Assembly (NCBI GenBank): GCA_050010755.1
Contig: JBEKKK010000001.1
Location: 608,001 to 672,000, forward strand
From: Candidatus Bathyarchaeia archaeon
GTDB lineage: Archaea > Thermoproteota > Bathyarchaeia > Bathyarchaeales > Bathycorpusculaceae
DNA: 64,000 nt
Direction: 5' to 3'
Of the stretch, positions 1-10,010 are shown piece after piece (positions within the stretch are counted from its first letter, which is position 1; every line of letters begins with the position of its first letter). The notes beneath the pieces were generated by a model. It was not told the origin of the DNA, searched no databases, and saw only the letters and a program-made list of their open reading frames with translations. Both the position numbers and the translations under genes were made by a program.

Positions 1-2
1 TA

Positions 3-503
3 CTTGCCTTAGCAGCATTCTATGAAGGAAAGTATGCGCAGTCCTTTCCTTACTTTGGACCAGAAAGGCGCGGCGCTCCAGTTGTTGCGTTTACAAGAAT
101 TGATGATGTGCCAATACGCCTTAGGACTGAGATCCATCATCCAAGCTGTGTTGTCGTTCTCGACCCCAAGCTCATTAAATCAGTCAATGTTACGGAAGGT
201 CTAGTCGAGGGCGGCATACTAATTCTCAACTCAGTGACGAAGCCTTCTGAAATGACAATTCAAGGCAAGCCGTCCAAAATAGCTGTGGTGGACGCGACAG
301 GGATTGCTTTGAAGACGATTGGCAATCCAATCACGAACATGGCAATGCTGGGAGCTTTCTCGGTCGGCACCGGCTGGGTCGGGATTAAAGCAGTACGCGA
401 AGCGATAACAAATCGATTCTCTAAGGATGCCGCGGAGAAGAACATCAAGGCGGCTGATCTCGCTTTCGAAGAGACAACGGTATTGGAATTGAAGGTGCTT
501 TAA
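3..503 (+). CDS. porC: 2-oxoacid:ferredoxin oxidoreductase gamma subunit (5'-truncated by window)
   Basis: Open frame runs from the window start: LALAAFYEGKYAQSFPYFGPERRGAPVVAFTRI, later NMAMLGAF; upstream of delta and alpha/beta subunits. Confidence 0.92.
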   Translation, partial: LALAAFYEGKYAQSFPYFGPERRGAPVVAFTRIDDVPIRLRTEIHHPSCVVVLDPKLIKSVNVTEGLVEGGILILNSVTKPSEMTIQGKPSKIAVVDATGIALKTIGNPITNMAMLGAFSVGTGWVGIKAVREAITNRFSKDAAEKNIKAADLAFEETTVLELKVL

Positions 504-504
504 A

Positions 505-759
505 TTGAAGAAACTTCCACTTGTTCCTATTGGAACCGAAATCGAGAGCGCAGAAACCGGTAGTTGGAGAACATTCAAGCCGGTTGTCAAGAAGGAGACT
601 TGCAACAAATGTGGTCTCTGCGTGATGTTTTGTCCTGACGGAGTAATTCTTAAGACAAAAGATGGGATTGAAATTGACTACGTATTTTGTAAGGGCTGCG
701 GAATATGCGCGAGAGAATGTCCAAGTAAAGCCCTCGAGATGATTCTGGAAGAAGAGTAA
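505..759 (+). CDS. porD: 2-oxoacid:ferredoxin oxidoreductase delta subunit (2x[4Fe-4S])
   Basis: TGSWRTFKPV; CNKCGLCVMFCP and CKGCGICARECP ferredoxin motifs. Confidence 0.95.
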   Translation: MKKLPLVPIGTEIESAETGSWRTFKPVVKKETCNKCGLCVMFCPDGVILKTKDGIEIDYVFCKGCGICARECPSKALEMILEEE

Positions 760-774
760 GTAAGAGGTTATCTC

Positions 775-2895
775 ATGCCTAAAAAAGATTTGATCTCTGG
801 AAACTTGGCTGCTGCACACGGAGCAAGACTCTCTAGACCAAGAGTAATAGCTGCCTATCCGATCAGCCCATCGACGACAATCGTAGAACATCTTGCGAGC
901 TTTATCAACCGTGGGGAACTAGAAGCAGAGTATATCCCTGTTGAATCGGAACATAGTGCGATGGGTGCCTGCATTGGTGCGTCTTTAAGCGGCGTCAGGG
1001 TCTTCACGGCCACGGCCTCACAAGGCCTCGCCTATATGCACGAGTTTGTTTATCACGCTCATGGATATCACTTGCCAATTGTTATGGCCATCGCAAACAG
1101 GACTTTGTCAACGCCCTGGGCTACAACGTGCGACTATTCTGACACAATGGCAGAAAACACTTCTGGTTGGTTGCAACTGTTCGCAGAAAATGCCCAAGAA
1201 GTCTTGGATACAATAATTCAAGCATACAAGATTGCTGAGGACAAGAGAGTACTATTGCCAACAATGGTCTGCATGGACGGCTTCCTCGTCTCCCATACCG
1301 CTGAAAATGTGGAGATTCCGGATCAAGAAGTCGTCGACAATTTCCTGCCTGCTTATTCCCCTGAACACTTCATACTTGATCCCGACAACAGAATGGCCGC
1401 TATTGTTCCTCCTCGTCCCTGGGTCATTTCATTTGAGCATCAGACCGATGATTGCATGAACAATGCCAAGGACGTGATTAAGGAAGTCGGCAGTGAATAC
1501 GGGAAAATATTCGGTAGAGAATATGGTCTGATAGACAAGTACAGATGCGACAATGCAGAACTTTTGTTGATGACAATGGGTTCCATGACCGGTACAGCCA
1601 GAGTTGCCGTAGACGAGCTCCGAAGAGAAGGCCTGCAGGCGGGTTTGGTTAGGCTTCGATCTTACAGGCCCTTTCCAGATGAAGAACTGAGAGAAGCATG
1701 CAAAGACGTGAGAGCCGTTGCCGTTGTTGATCGTGATGTAACCCACGGCATCGGGGGACGCGGCGGGGCATTCTTCACAGAACTCAAGTCTTGCTTGTAC
1801 AATCTGGACAGCAAACCTCATTTGACAAACTTCATCGCGGGACTAGCCGGTCGAGAGATAACTATTGAGAACTTCAAATTCATGGCTAGTAAAACGCTTG
1901 AAAGTGTGAAGAAAGGACTGGGAGAATCTGTAGAATGGCTAGATGAGGTTCAAATACCGGTCACCAAGTCAGCACCACTTGAGAAGTATGCAGACCGTAT
2001 AGTTCTCCCGGGAGTGCGAGCATGTGCAGGTTGCGGCATGCTGTTGACTGCTCGCCACGTATTTCAGACCCTAGGAAAGGATACAGTTTTCACATTCATT
2101 CCAGGCTGTGCAGGTGTCACGATGCAAAGTGCCCTAGCTCTGAAACCATTAGTGAGACTGCCTTTTGCTGAAGTCGTCTTCGCTGGCACAGCAGCAGTGG
2201 CTACAGGTCTGAGAGAAGGCCTGAAGATCCGTGGCAAATCACACGTAAACGTGGTTGGACTCGCGGGTGACGGAGGAACAGTGGACATTGGCCTGCAGGC
2301 CCTTTCAGCCGCGGCTGAACGAGGAGAGTCGATAATCTACATTTGCTACGACAACGAAGCTTACATGAACACGGGAATTCAAAAGAGTGGAAGCACTCCG
2401 TTTGGCGCCTGGACCACGACTACTCCACGTGGAGCAAGAAGGAAAAAGAAGACGTTCAAGAAAGACATGGCCGCTCTTATGGCGATGCACAGAATTCCAT
2501 ACGTGGCAACAGCGTCGATAGCCTACATCCCAGATCTCGAAAAGAAGGTCAGGAAGGCCGCGAGAATAGTTGCGGAGGACAAGGGTCTTGCTTACTTGCA
2601 CGTACATGCCCCTTGCCCGACAGGCTGGAGGTTCCCAACGTCGGAAACGGTGAATGTGGCAAGACTGGCTGTTCGAAGCGGTATGTGGATTCTCTATGAA
2701 GTCGAAGAAGGCAAAATGAAGCTCAACCTGAAACAAGAAAAAAGAACACCCGTACGTGAATATCTAAAGGTTCAGGGGAGATTCGATGGCTTATCAGACC
2801 AAGAAATCCAAGAAATCCAGCAAGAAGTGGACCAAAACTGGAGTTCGCTCTCCTCTGATCAGAAGCCCTCTTCAACTCAGACAATTGAACCTTAA
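775..2895 (+). CDS. porA: Fused alpha+beta subunit of a pyruvate/2-oxoacid:ferredoxin oxidoreductase
   Basis: N-half: AAYPISPST, VESEHSAM, TATASQGL (alpha). C-half: CAGCG, GDGGTVDIG, YDNEAYMNTGIQ, PCPTGW (TPP-binding beta). Single 706-aa ORF. Confidence 0.93.
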   Translation: MPKKDLISGNLAAAHGARLSRPRVIAAYPISPSTTIVEHLASFINRGELEAEYIPVESEHSAMGACIGASLSGVRVFTATASQGLAYMHEFVYHAHGYHLPIVMAIANRTLSTPWATTCDYSDTMAENTSGWLQLFAENAQEVLDTIIQAYKIAEDKRVLLPTMVCMDGFLVSHTAENVEIPDQEVVDNFLPAYSPEHFILDPDNRMAAIVPPRPWVISFEHQTDDCMNNAKDVIKEVGSEYGKIFGREYGLIDKYRCDNAELLLMTMGSMTGTARVAVDELRREGLQAGLVRLRSYRPFPDEELREACKDVRAVAVVDRDVTHGIGGRGGAFFTELKSCLYNLDSKPHLTNFIAGLAGREITIENFKFMASKTLESVKKGLGESVEWLDEVQIPVTKSAPLEKYADRIVLPGVRACAGCGMLLTARHVFQTLGKDTVFTFIPGCAGVTMQSALALKPLVRLPFAEVVFAGTAAVATGLREGLKIRGKSHVNVVGLAGDGGTVDIGLQALSAAAERGESIIYICYDNEAYMNTGIQKSGSTPFGAWTTTTPRGARRKKKTFKKDMAALMAMHRIPYVATASIAYIPDLEKKVRKAARIVAEDKGLAYLHVHAPCPTGWRFPTSETVNVARLAVRSGMWILYEVEEGKMKLNLKQEKRTPVREYLKVQGRFDGLSDQEIQEIQQEVDQNWSSLSSDQKPSSTQTIEP

Positions 2896-3066
2896 AGCAA
2901 AATATATTACATCTGACTCTGGGTTGGAGTCGCAAACCGCATTTTCTTGCGTAGGATGCTTGCGATCCACCTTCAGTTAACAGGTGTATGTTCTATATGA
3001 GCTTGAAAACCTTGATCAAGGTTTGTTAAAGTTTATTAATCTCAATGTTTAAAGGACTTTGAAATA

Positions 3067-4266
3067 ATGGTGATGCCTTTGGAAGAAAAGTGGTGGGTTA
3101 GTCCATTTAACTCAATTGATGAAGTTAGACACGGTATGAATCTGCCCAAGAAGGTGAGCTTTTATGATGTGACTCTGAGGGATGGAGAGCAAACTCCTGG
3201 AGTTGTTTTCAAAAAGGAAGAAAAAGTGCAAATAGCTAGAGCATTGGACGAACTTGGTGTACAAAGGATCGAGGCAGGCATGCCTGTCGTCTCTCCAGAA
3301 GACAAAGCTGCCGTTAAAGCTATAGCGAACCTAGGGTTGAGTGCCGAGGTCTGGGGTTTCTGTAGATGCATCAAAACAGACGTCGATGCCTGTCTGGAGG
3401 CAGACGTCGATGCGGTAGTATGTGAAATCGCGACCAGTGAGCTGAAATTCAAGGCTTACGGCATGGACAGAGAAAAAGCTGTGACGCGTGCTGTAGAGAC
3501 CCTTAAGTACGCTAAGGATCATGGGCTTCACACAGCATTCTTTTCTGTGGATTTGACAAGGGCTGATTTGGATTTCCTGAAGACAATCAACACTGCGGCT
3601 GTGAAAGAAGGAAAAGCGGATGAGCTCATAGTTGTGGATACTCTTGGAGTGGCCCTTCCAGAGGCGATGTACTACCTGACCAAGAAATTCAAAGAATGGT
3701 TCAAAGTTCCGATTCATATCCACTGCCACAACGATTTTGGGCTCAGCACAGCATGTGAACTAGCAGCAATAAGAGCAGGCGCCGAGTGGGCCCATGTAAC
3801 AATAAATGGTCTAGGTGAGAAAGCAGGTAACACTGACCTCAGCGAACTTGCGTTGTCGCTATATCTTCTATACGGAATTGACGTTGGATTGAAGTATGAA
3901 AAGCTTGTCCAGACTTCGAAGCTTGTCGAAAGAATATCAGGGGTTAAAATGCCACCCTTCAAGCCCGTCGTCGGCGAGAACGTGTTCAAGAGAGAATCAG
4001 GGGTCACTGTAATGCAACTGATAAGCTATCCACCAGCTGTTGAAAGCTTCGTTCCTGAACTCGTTGGCGGCAAAAGGGAAATAGTCTTGGGAAAGAAGAG
4101 TGGAAGACACTCTATAGAGTGGAAACTGAAGAATCTCGGAATAACCGTACCTGAAGAACAAGTTGAACCAATACTAGGCAAAGTGAAAGCTTTAGGAGAG
4201 AGCAAAAAGGGACTAGTCTCCGATGAAGAATTCAAATCTATCGTCAACGAAATACGTGGGAAGTAG
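3067..4266 (+). CDS. DRE-TIM metallolyase (homocitrate/isopropylmalate/citramalate synthase family) without C-terminal regulatory domain
   Basis: DVTLRDGEQTPG, HIHCHNDFG, NGLGEKAGN, LGKKSG motifs. Confidence 0.88.
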   Translation: MVMPLEEKWWVSPFNSIDEVRHGMNLPKKVSFYDVTLRDGEQTPGVVFKKEEKVQIARALDELGVQRIEAGMPVVSPEDKAAVKAIANLGLSAEVWGFCRCIKTDVDACLEADVDAVVCEIATSELKFKAYGMDREKAVTRAVETLKYAKDHGLHTAFFSVDLTRADLDFLKTINTAAVKEGKADELIVVDTLGVALPEAMYYLTKKFKEWFKVPIHIHCHNDFGLSTACELAAIRAGAEWAHVTINGLGEKAGNTDLSELALSLYLLYGIDVGLKYEKLVQTSKLVERISGVKMPPFKPVVGENVFKRESGVTVMQLISYPPAVESFVPELVGGKREIVLGKKSGRHSIEWKLKNLGITVPEEQVEPILGKVKALGESKKGLVSDEEFKSIVNEIRGK

Positions 4267-4314
4267 TTTCCAAAGACTCACTCTCTTTTTTCCCTAATGT
4301 TAGGAGAATGGAAA

Positions 4315-5283
4315 ATGAAGATATTGTTGACTGAGCCGCTAATTGAACCAGTGGACAATGCTGGTCTTGACATCCTAAGAAAAGTTGGTACAGTGATCAT
4401 AGCATCGGGTACATCTGAGGAAAGTCTCATCAAAGAGGCAAAAGACGCAGACGCGATAGTTGTTCGCTTAGCAAAGATCACAGGAAGAATCATTGAGAAC
4501 ACTGACAGGCTGAAGGTGATAGCAAGGACTGGAGTCGGCGTAGATAACATAGACGTTGCGGCGGCAACCAAAAAACGGGTAATGGTCGTCAATCTGCCTG
4601 TCATGAACACCGATTCAGTGGCAGAGCACGCTCTCTGCTTGATTCTGGCAATGGCGAAGAACCTAATAGAATTCGACAGAGAAGTCAGGAAAGGAAATTG
4701 GGGCATAAGAGACAGGCTTCTTCCCAAAAACATTGACTTGATAGACAAGACACTTGGCATAGTTGGCTTGGGAACGATAGGCATAGCGGTTGCTCGAAAG
4801 GCAAAAGGCCTCAACATGCGTGTCCTGTATCAGAGTAGAAGAAGAAAGGCTGATTTGGAAAAGGAGCTCGGAATTGAATACACTGATCTTCCAACTCTAT
4901 TGAAGGAAGCAGATTTCATAACGGTGCACATCGCTCTTTCAAAAGAGACAGAGCGCATGTTCGGTGAAAAAGAATTTAAAACAATGAAGAAAACCGCATA
5001 CTTCATCAACACGTCTCGCGGTGGCGTGGTGGATCAAAAAGCTTTGTACTCAGCATTAGAAGATGGAAGAATAGCCGGGGCAGCCTTGGACGTCTTTGAA
5101 GAAGAGCCGATTAAAGCAACCGACCCTATCCTCAAACTGCAGAATTTGATTGTGACACCGCATGTTGCAGGTCACACAAGAGACTCCAGAATCAAAATGA
5201 TAGTAGTATTGGCAGAAGATGTTGTCAGAGCACTCAATGGCAAAACACCTGTCAACTTGGTCAACAAAGACGTGCTCCGCTAG
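4315..5283 (+). CDS. D-isomer-specific 2-hydroxyacid dehydrogenase (SerA/glyoxylate reductase-like)
   Basis: GVGVDNID, GLGTIG, INTSRGGVVD, LDVFEEEP, TPHVAG; ORF could start at 4297. Confidence 0.9.
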   Translation: MKILLTEPLIEPVDNAGLDILRKVGTVIIASGTSEESLIKEAKDADAIVVRLAKITGRIIENTDRLKVIARTGVGVDNIDVAAATKKRVMVVNLPVMNTDSVAEHALCLILAMAKNLIEFDREVRKGNWGIRDRLLPKNIDLIDKTLGIVGLGTIGIAVARKAKGLNMRVLYQSRRRKADLEKELGIEYTDLPTLLKEADFITVHIALSKETERMFGEKEFKTMKKTAYFINTSRGGVVDQKALYSALEDGRIAGAALDVFEEEPIKATDPILKLQNLIVTPHVAGHTRDSRIKMIVVLAEDVVRALNGKTPVNLVNKDVLR

Positions 5284-5292
5284 AGACGAATC

Positions 5293-6699
5293 TCAGAATA
5301 CCCTTTGTTTGCTTCTATATTTTTGATATTCAACCAAAGCCGCAATCGCTCTTGAGGCTTTCCCCGGCGTTAGGAAAACAGGTACGCCCTCAGCCTCGAG
5401 TTTTCTCAGTACCTCGAATTCACATTTGCTGGCTACCGAAACCATAACGATGGGTTTCCCGTATTCCTTCAACTTGATGAATTCTTCGACAGCCGCCAGT
5501 TCGACCGAAACCATATCTGTTCTCCAGCCAAAGCCCATCGAAATCACCGAGTCTATTATCTTATCTCGGAGTACTATTTCTGTACACTTTACTAGGCGCA
5601 TTGGATCAAAGGGGGGTGTAAGATCTACGGGGTTGTTAACAGGGGCATAGGGCGGCAGGATGGCCTTCAACTGGGCGATTGTGTCTTTGGAGAATATTGG
5701 AACATTCAACTCCCGCTTTGTGCAGGCATCTACTGCGACGACTCCCATTCCACCGCCTGCCCCAGTCACTATTCCGACATTGCTTCCTTTAGGGAGAGGT
5801 TGAGTTTCAAATGTCATAGAAACATCGAAAAGTTCGTCAACATCTTCAACTTTCACTATACCAGTCTGTTTACAGACTGCATCGAAGATAACGTTCGAGC
5901 CTGAGAGAACACCAGTGTGGGATGACACGGCCCTGCTCCCAGCCTCTGTTTGTCCGCCCTTCATCAGAACAATAGGCTTCGTCATTGTTGTTCTCCTAGC
6001 TGCCTCCAGGAATAGCTTTCCTTTCTTTACTCCTTCAACGTACATCATGACGACTCTGGTATCTTTATCCAAGCTGACGTATTCAAGATAATCAGTGGAG
6101 CCGAGGTCGGCTTCATTGCCAGAACTGCAAAACACCTGGAATCCTACGCCCCGTTCAGCGCCCCAACGGAACATCGTATTGGCTCCGATAGCGCCACTTT
6201 GGGAAATGAACGAGATGCCTCCTTTTTTGGGAGATTTTGGTGCGAATGTCAGATCCAAGTTTGCTGATGCGTTGAATATCCCCTCGCAATTTGGTCCCAC
6301 AAACCGTAATCCTCCTTTTTCTGCTATCTCAGCCATTTTCTCCTGCAACTCTCTTCCTTTTGCGCCGGTCTCTGCAAAACCAGATGTGATTACTACAGCC
6401 CCCTTAATTTCCTTCTCAACACACTCTTTCATGGCTTGTAAGACAGCTAGCGCTGGGACAACGATTACTGCTAGGTCAATTTTATCTGGGACCTCGGCAA
6501 CTCTTGAGTAGGCGCGGAAGCTCATTATTTCCCTGATGTGGGGGTTAATTGGAAATAGCTTGCCGGGGAACTTTCTGTTTATCAAGTTACTCAATATTCT
6601 GTTTCCAAGCTTCTTTGATTCCGCGGAAGCACCAATTATTGCGATAGACTTTGGATTGAATATGCAATCGAGTTCTTTTGTCAGAGAAGATTCTTGCAT
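5293..6699 (-). CDS. acdA: Acetate/acyl-CoA ligase (ADP-forming) alpha subunit
   Basis: IFNPKSIAIIGAS, GPNCEG, SQSGA, SHTG phospho-His motif, NNPVDL; start trimmed to MQESS. Confidence 0.88.
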   Translation of the reverse strand: MQESSLTKELDCIFNPKSIAIIGASAESKKLGNRILSNLINRKFPGKLFPINPHIREIMSFRAYSRVAEVPDKIDLAVIVVPALAVLQAMKECVEKEIKGAVVITSGFAETGAKGRELQEKMAEIAEKGGLRFVGPNCEGIFNASANLDLTFAPKSPKKGGISFISQSGAIGANTMFRWGAERGVGFQVFCSSGNEADLGSTDYLEYVSLDKDTRVVMMYVEGVKKGKLFLEAARRTTMTKPIVLMKGGQTEAGSRAVSSHTGVLSGSNVIFDAVCKQTGIVKVEDVDELFDVSMTFETQPLPKGSNVGIVTGAGGGMGVVAVDACTKRELNVPIFSKDTIAQLKAILPPYAPVNNPVDLTPPFDPMRLVKCTEIVLRDKIIDSVISMGFGWRTDMVSVELAAVEEFIKLKEYGKPIVMVSVASKCEFEVLRKLEAEGVPVFLTPGKASRAIAALVEYQKYRSKQRVF

Positions 6700-7004
6700 T
6701 TCGAACCAACTCGCACGATACTTAGCATCGCAAGAAACTCCTTTAAGGTTTTCTTTGGTATCACATGTTCTGAGCGAATGCACGGTATGTGAAGTTACGA
6801 GAAAAATAGTCTGGGCAATCGGCAATCGAAAATTTGCTTGTACCCTCAGAGATAGTTCAAGCCTTTTGCTATCGAGAATCTCTTTGCATGCACGAACCCC
6901 ATATCGAACAGGAAAAATGCTGATGCATCATCAGCGCGAGTTTGGAATACAAGTAAGTTTAAGAACGGGTTTTAGTACTAGAACAAAGGGATTGAGGGTT
7001 ACAT

Positions 7005-7412
7005 ATGGGGATAACCACTACTGTGCGGGACATAATGACAAGAGATATCATATCTGTAGAGACCTCAGACAGTGTAAAAAAAGCTATTGATCTAATGGTA
7101 AAGAAGGACATTGGATCTGTAATTGTTACGAAAAACGGCGAACCTGTTGGAATAGTAACTGTAAGAGACATAATGAGAAATGTTTGTCCTGAGGAATTGT
7201 GTACGAGCGGGATTGAGGCAGGAAAGATTATGAGAAGCCCCCTTATCACCGTACCTGCGGACGCTAAGCTTGGTATAGCCGCTTCGCTAATGATGGAGAA
7301 AGGCGTGAGGAGGCTAGTGGTTGAAGAAAATGGTAAAGCAATTGGGATAGTAACGCATAGAGATTTGATCAAAGGAACCATGGACACTTTCATGGCTTTG
7401 GCTATGGTATGA
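7005..7412 (+). CDS. CBS domain pair protein
   Basis: VRDIMT, GIVTVRDI, GIVTHRDL. Confidence 0.9.
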   Translation: MGITTTVRDIMTRDIISVETSDSVKKAIDLMVKKDIGSVIVTKNGEPVGIVTVRDIMRNVCPEELCTSGIEAGKIMRSPLITVPADAKLGIAASLMMEKGVRRLVVEENGKAIGIVTHRDLIKGTMDTFMALAMV

Positions 7413-7569
7413 TCGAGACTGTTATATCACAGAGGGTTTGCCGATTAACAGAGACCATTCTTAATGAATTGCGCTCTCAGAAATGAATCTGACGTGAAAT
7501 CGCGAGGGCCTTAAGTGCCCTCATAATTCAGAAAGCAGAGGTTTAGTGAAATCCGTATTTCTGAGAGAA

Positions 7570-9480
7570 TCAAATAGATCTGGCAACCATGAACCCTTCC
7601 CTAACGGCGTCGTATAGCTTGCGCGGTTTCACACAGTCTCCGATTTCAAGGACAGTTCCCACATGCCCTAGTTCGTCGATGAACTGCCTGTCGGATCGTG
7701 CTCCTGCGGCTAAAACAACTGTATCTGACTGGATTTTCTCAGTATTTTTATTCCTGCGAACTAATACATAGTCCTTGGTTATCTCTTCAGCCCGTGTCTT
7801 GATGAATATCTTCACGTTCTTTTCGGAGAGTCTCTGCAAAAGGAGCTTTTCGTTCCATCCGATGACTCTGTCAAGGAACATGCCTAAGTCGTTCAGCATC
7901 TCTACGATTGTGACATCCCTGCTTTTTTCGGTGAGGAAATCGGCTGTTTCGCACCCTACCAGCCCTCCGCCTATGATTACCACCTCTTTTCCAACTCCCA
8001 CATTCTTTGCCAAAACATCAGTAGCTGTCACGACATTTTTCAAATTGACTCCAGGAATTCTTGGTACTAGCGGCACCGCACCTGTTGCAGCAACTATTAC
8101 ATCAGGCTGAACCTCATCGACAACATCGGCTGTAACTTCTTTTCCAAGTTCAACTTTCACACATAATTTATTCAAAGTCACTTCGTAGTATTTGATGAAG
8201 TCTATGAGTTCTTGCTTGTATGGAAGAATGGAACTCAGTCTGGCTTGACCACCTAGTTGTTCGTCTTTCTCATACAAGAAAACTTCGTGGCCTCTCCACT
8301 TTGCTACTCTGGCAGCCTCCATTCCGGCAGGGCCACCTCCAACGACAAGAACTTTCTTGGGCTTCCTTGCTGGCTCTATCCCGAATCTCCATTCTCGTCC
8401 CGCAAGTGGGTTGACAGTGCATTCAACCTTCAATCCGGTGTTCAGACGATCTTCACAATGGATGCAAGCAATACACTTTCTGATTTCGTCAATCCTCCCT
8501 TCTGCAGTCTTCTTAGGCAACTCGGGGTCAGCAAGTAGAGGTCTAGCCATCTCTATCAAATCCACTTTTCCGTCTTCCAAGATTCTCTCTGCCAAAGCGG
8601 GATTGTCAATTCTGCCTGCGACGGAAACAGGTATTCCAACACTTTTCTTTATTTCAAATGCCAACGGAACGTTGCATCCTCTTTCAACTGCCCTTGGTGG
8701 AACCAAGTATTCGCACAGGCTGCTTGTTTCGCCAGCGGAAACACTTATGGCTGCGACTCCAGCTTCTTCAAGCTTCAAAGCAATTATCTTCGATTCCTTT
8801 GTCGTTAGTCCTCCATTCAGGTAGTCGCTTCCATTGATTCTGGCCATTATTGGAAAACCATCACCCACTTCTTGCTTTATTTTGTCTACGATTTCAAGTA
8901 GGAACCTCATTCTGCCGTGTTGATCTCGACCATAAGCATCTGTCCTCCTGTTTGCCAAGGGTGATAGAAAAGTCCATACAAGATAACCATGTGCTGCCTG
9001 TATTTGAACGGCGTCGAAGCCGGCCTTTTTTGTTCTCAAGGCAGCCTCAGCGAATTTCTCCTCAAGACTTTCGATTTCCTCTATCGTTAGGGTTCGAGGA
9101 ATCGCTCTGCCAAGAGAAGGGATGCTGGATGCTCCAAAGGGATACATTGAAATAGTCTTTGGCGCAATTTTCCTCCCACTATGGTTTATCTGAACTGCAA
9201 TTTTGGTACCGTGAGCATGGACAGCATTGGTCAATTTTGAAAGCGAAGGGATATATCCTTCATTATATATGCCCAACTTTGGGCTGTCGTCGGAACCGAT
9301 ACTTGCACCGCCAACAATAATCAATGCTGTCCCGCCTTTTGCTCTTTCGACGCAAAAGGCCTTCAAACGTTCAGAGACGAAGCCTTCCCTTGTTTCGAAA
9401 CCAGTTTCCATCGGCGCCATGACAATTCGATTGTGCAGTTTAATTCGCCCAATTCTGATTGATTCAAAGAGTTTCTTCAA
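7570..9480 (-). CDS. NADH:flavin oxidoreductase (old yellow enzyme / 2,4-dienoyl-CoA reductase-like, with 4Fe-4S and FAD domains)
   Basis: NRIVMAPM, AHGYL, NRRTDAYG, CIACIHC, CTVNP, GGGPAGMEAA. Confidence 0.92.
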   Translation of the reverse strand: MKKLFESIRIGRIKLHNRIVMAPMETGFETREGFVSERLKAFCVERAKGGTALIIVGGASIGSDDSPKLGIYNEGYIPSLSKLTNAVHAHGTKIAVQINHSGRKIAPKTISMYPFGASSIPSLGRAIPRTLTIEEIESLEEKFAEAALRTKKAGFDAVQIQAAHGYLVWTFLSPLANRRTDAYGRDQHGRMRFLLEIVDKIKQEVGDGFPIMARINGSDYLNGGLTTKESKIIALKLEEAGVAAISVSAGETSSLCEYLVPPRAVERGCNVPLAFEIKKSVGIPVSVAGRIDNPALAERILEDGKVDLIEMARPLLADPELPKKTAEGRIDEIRKCIACIHCEDRLNTGLKVECTVNPLAGREWRFGIEPARKPKKVLVVGGGPAGMEAARVAKWRGHEVFLYEKDEQLGGQARLSSILPYKQELIDFIKYYEVTLNKLCVKVELGKEVTADVVDEVQPDVIVAATGAVPLVPRIPGVNLKNVVTATDVLAKNVGVGKEVVIIGGGLVGCETADFLTEKSRDVTIVEMLNDLGMFLDRVIGWNEKLLLQRLSEKNVKIFIKTRAEEITKDYVLVRRNKNTEKIQSDTVVLAAGARSDRQFIDELGHVGTVLEIGDCVKPRKLYDAVREGFMVARSI

Positions 9481-9593
9481 TTTTCACAGCCAGCAATGTT
9501 TTGGGATAAAATGGTGTTCAAGAATAAAGTGTTTTCGACGTGTGAAATCGGTTTTGACTGTTACTCAAATGTGTATTGCTCGCAAGTTTGCGT

Positions 9594-10007
9594 TCACATT
9601 TTGGTTATTTTGACGAGGTTTTCATTCGCATTGACTTCTACGTGGTCCCCCGTCTTGATTATCTCGAGTGGATTCTGTTCAAGGCTGTCCATTAATGGTA
9701 TGTTTCCCATTATGGCTCCGATTGTGGTGATCGTTTCTGATTTGAGACATATCATAGCTCTGGGGCCGGTCCCAAGCTTTTCCATTTGGTAAATAACAAA
9801 TGATCCGCCAGTGCTTCCCTTCCCGTAGGGGAATACCAATATCTTGGCGCTAATTATTTGCCCTTGAAGCTCATGCCCTGTTTCAACTATCGCCCCGCTA
9901 AGGGGATCTACTCCTCCATTGAAAAGAATCGGATCTTTTGTGACGATGGCTTCCCCTGAAGCTCTTCCTTTTGAAAGACTTCGGCCCTTAATTACGACTT
10001 GCTTCAT
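9594..10007 (-). CDS. Aconitase X small (swiveling, DUF126) subunit
   Basis: GGVDPLSG, LVFPYGKGSTGGS; adjacent to DUF521 gene. Confidence 0.9.
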   Translation of the reverse strand: MKQVVIKGRSLSKGRASGEAIVTKDPILFNGGVDPLSGAIVETGHELQGQIISAKILVFPYGKGSTGGSFVIYQMEKLGTGPRAMICLKSETITTIGAIMGNIPLMDSLEQNPLEIIKTGDHVEVNANENLVKITKM

Positions 10008-10010
10008 TGC

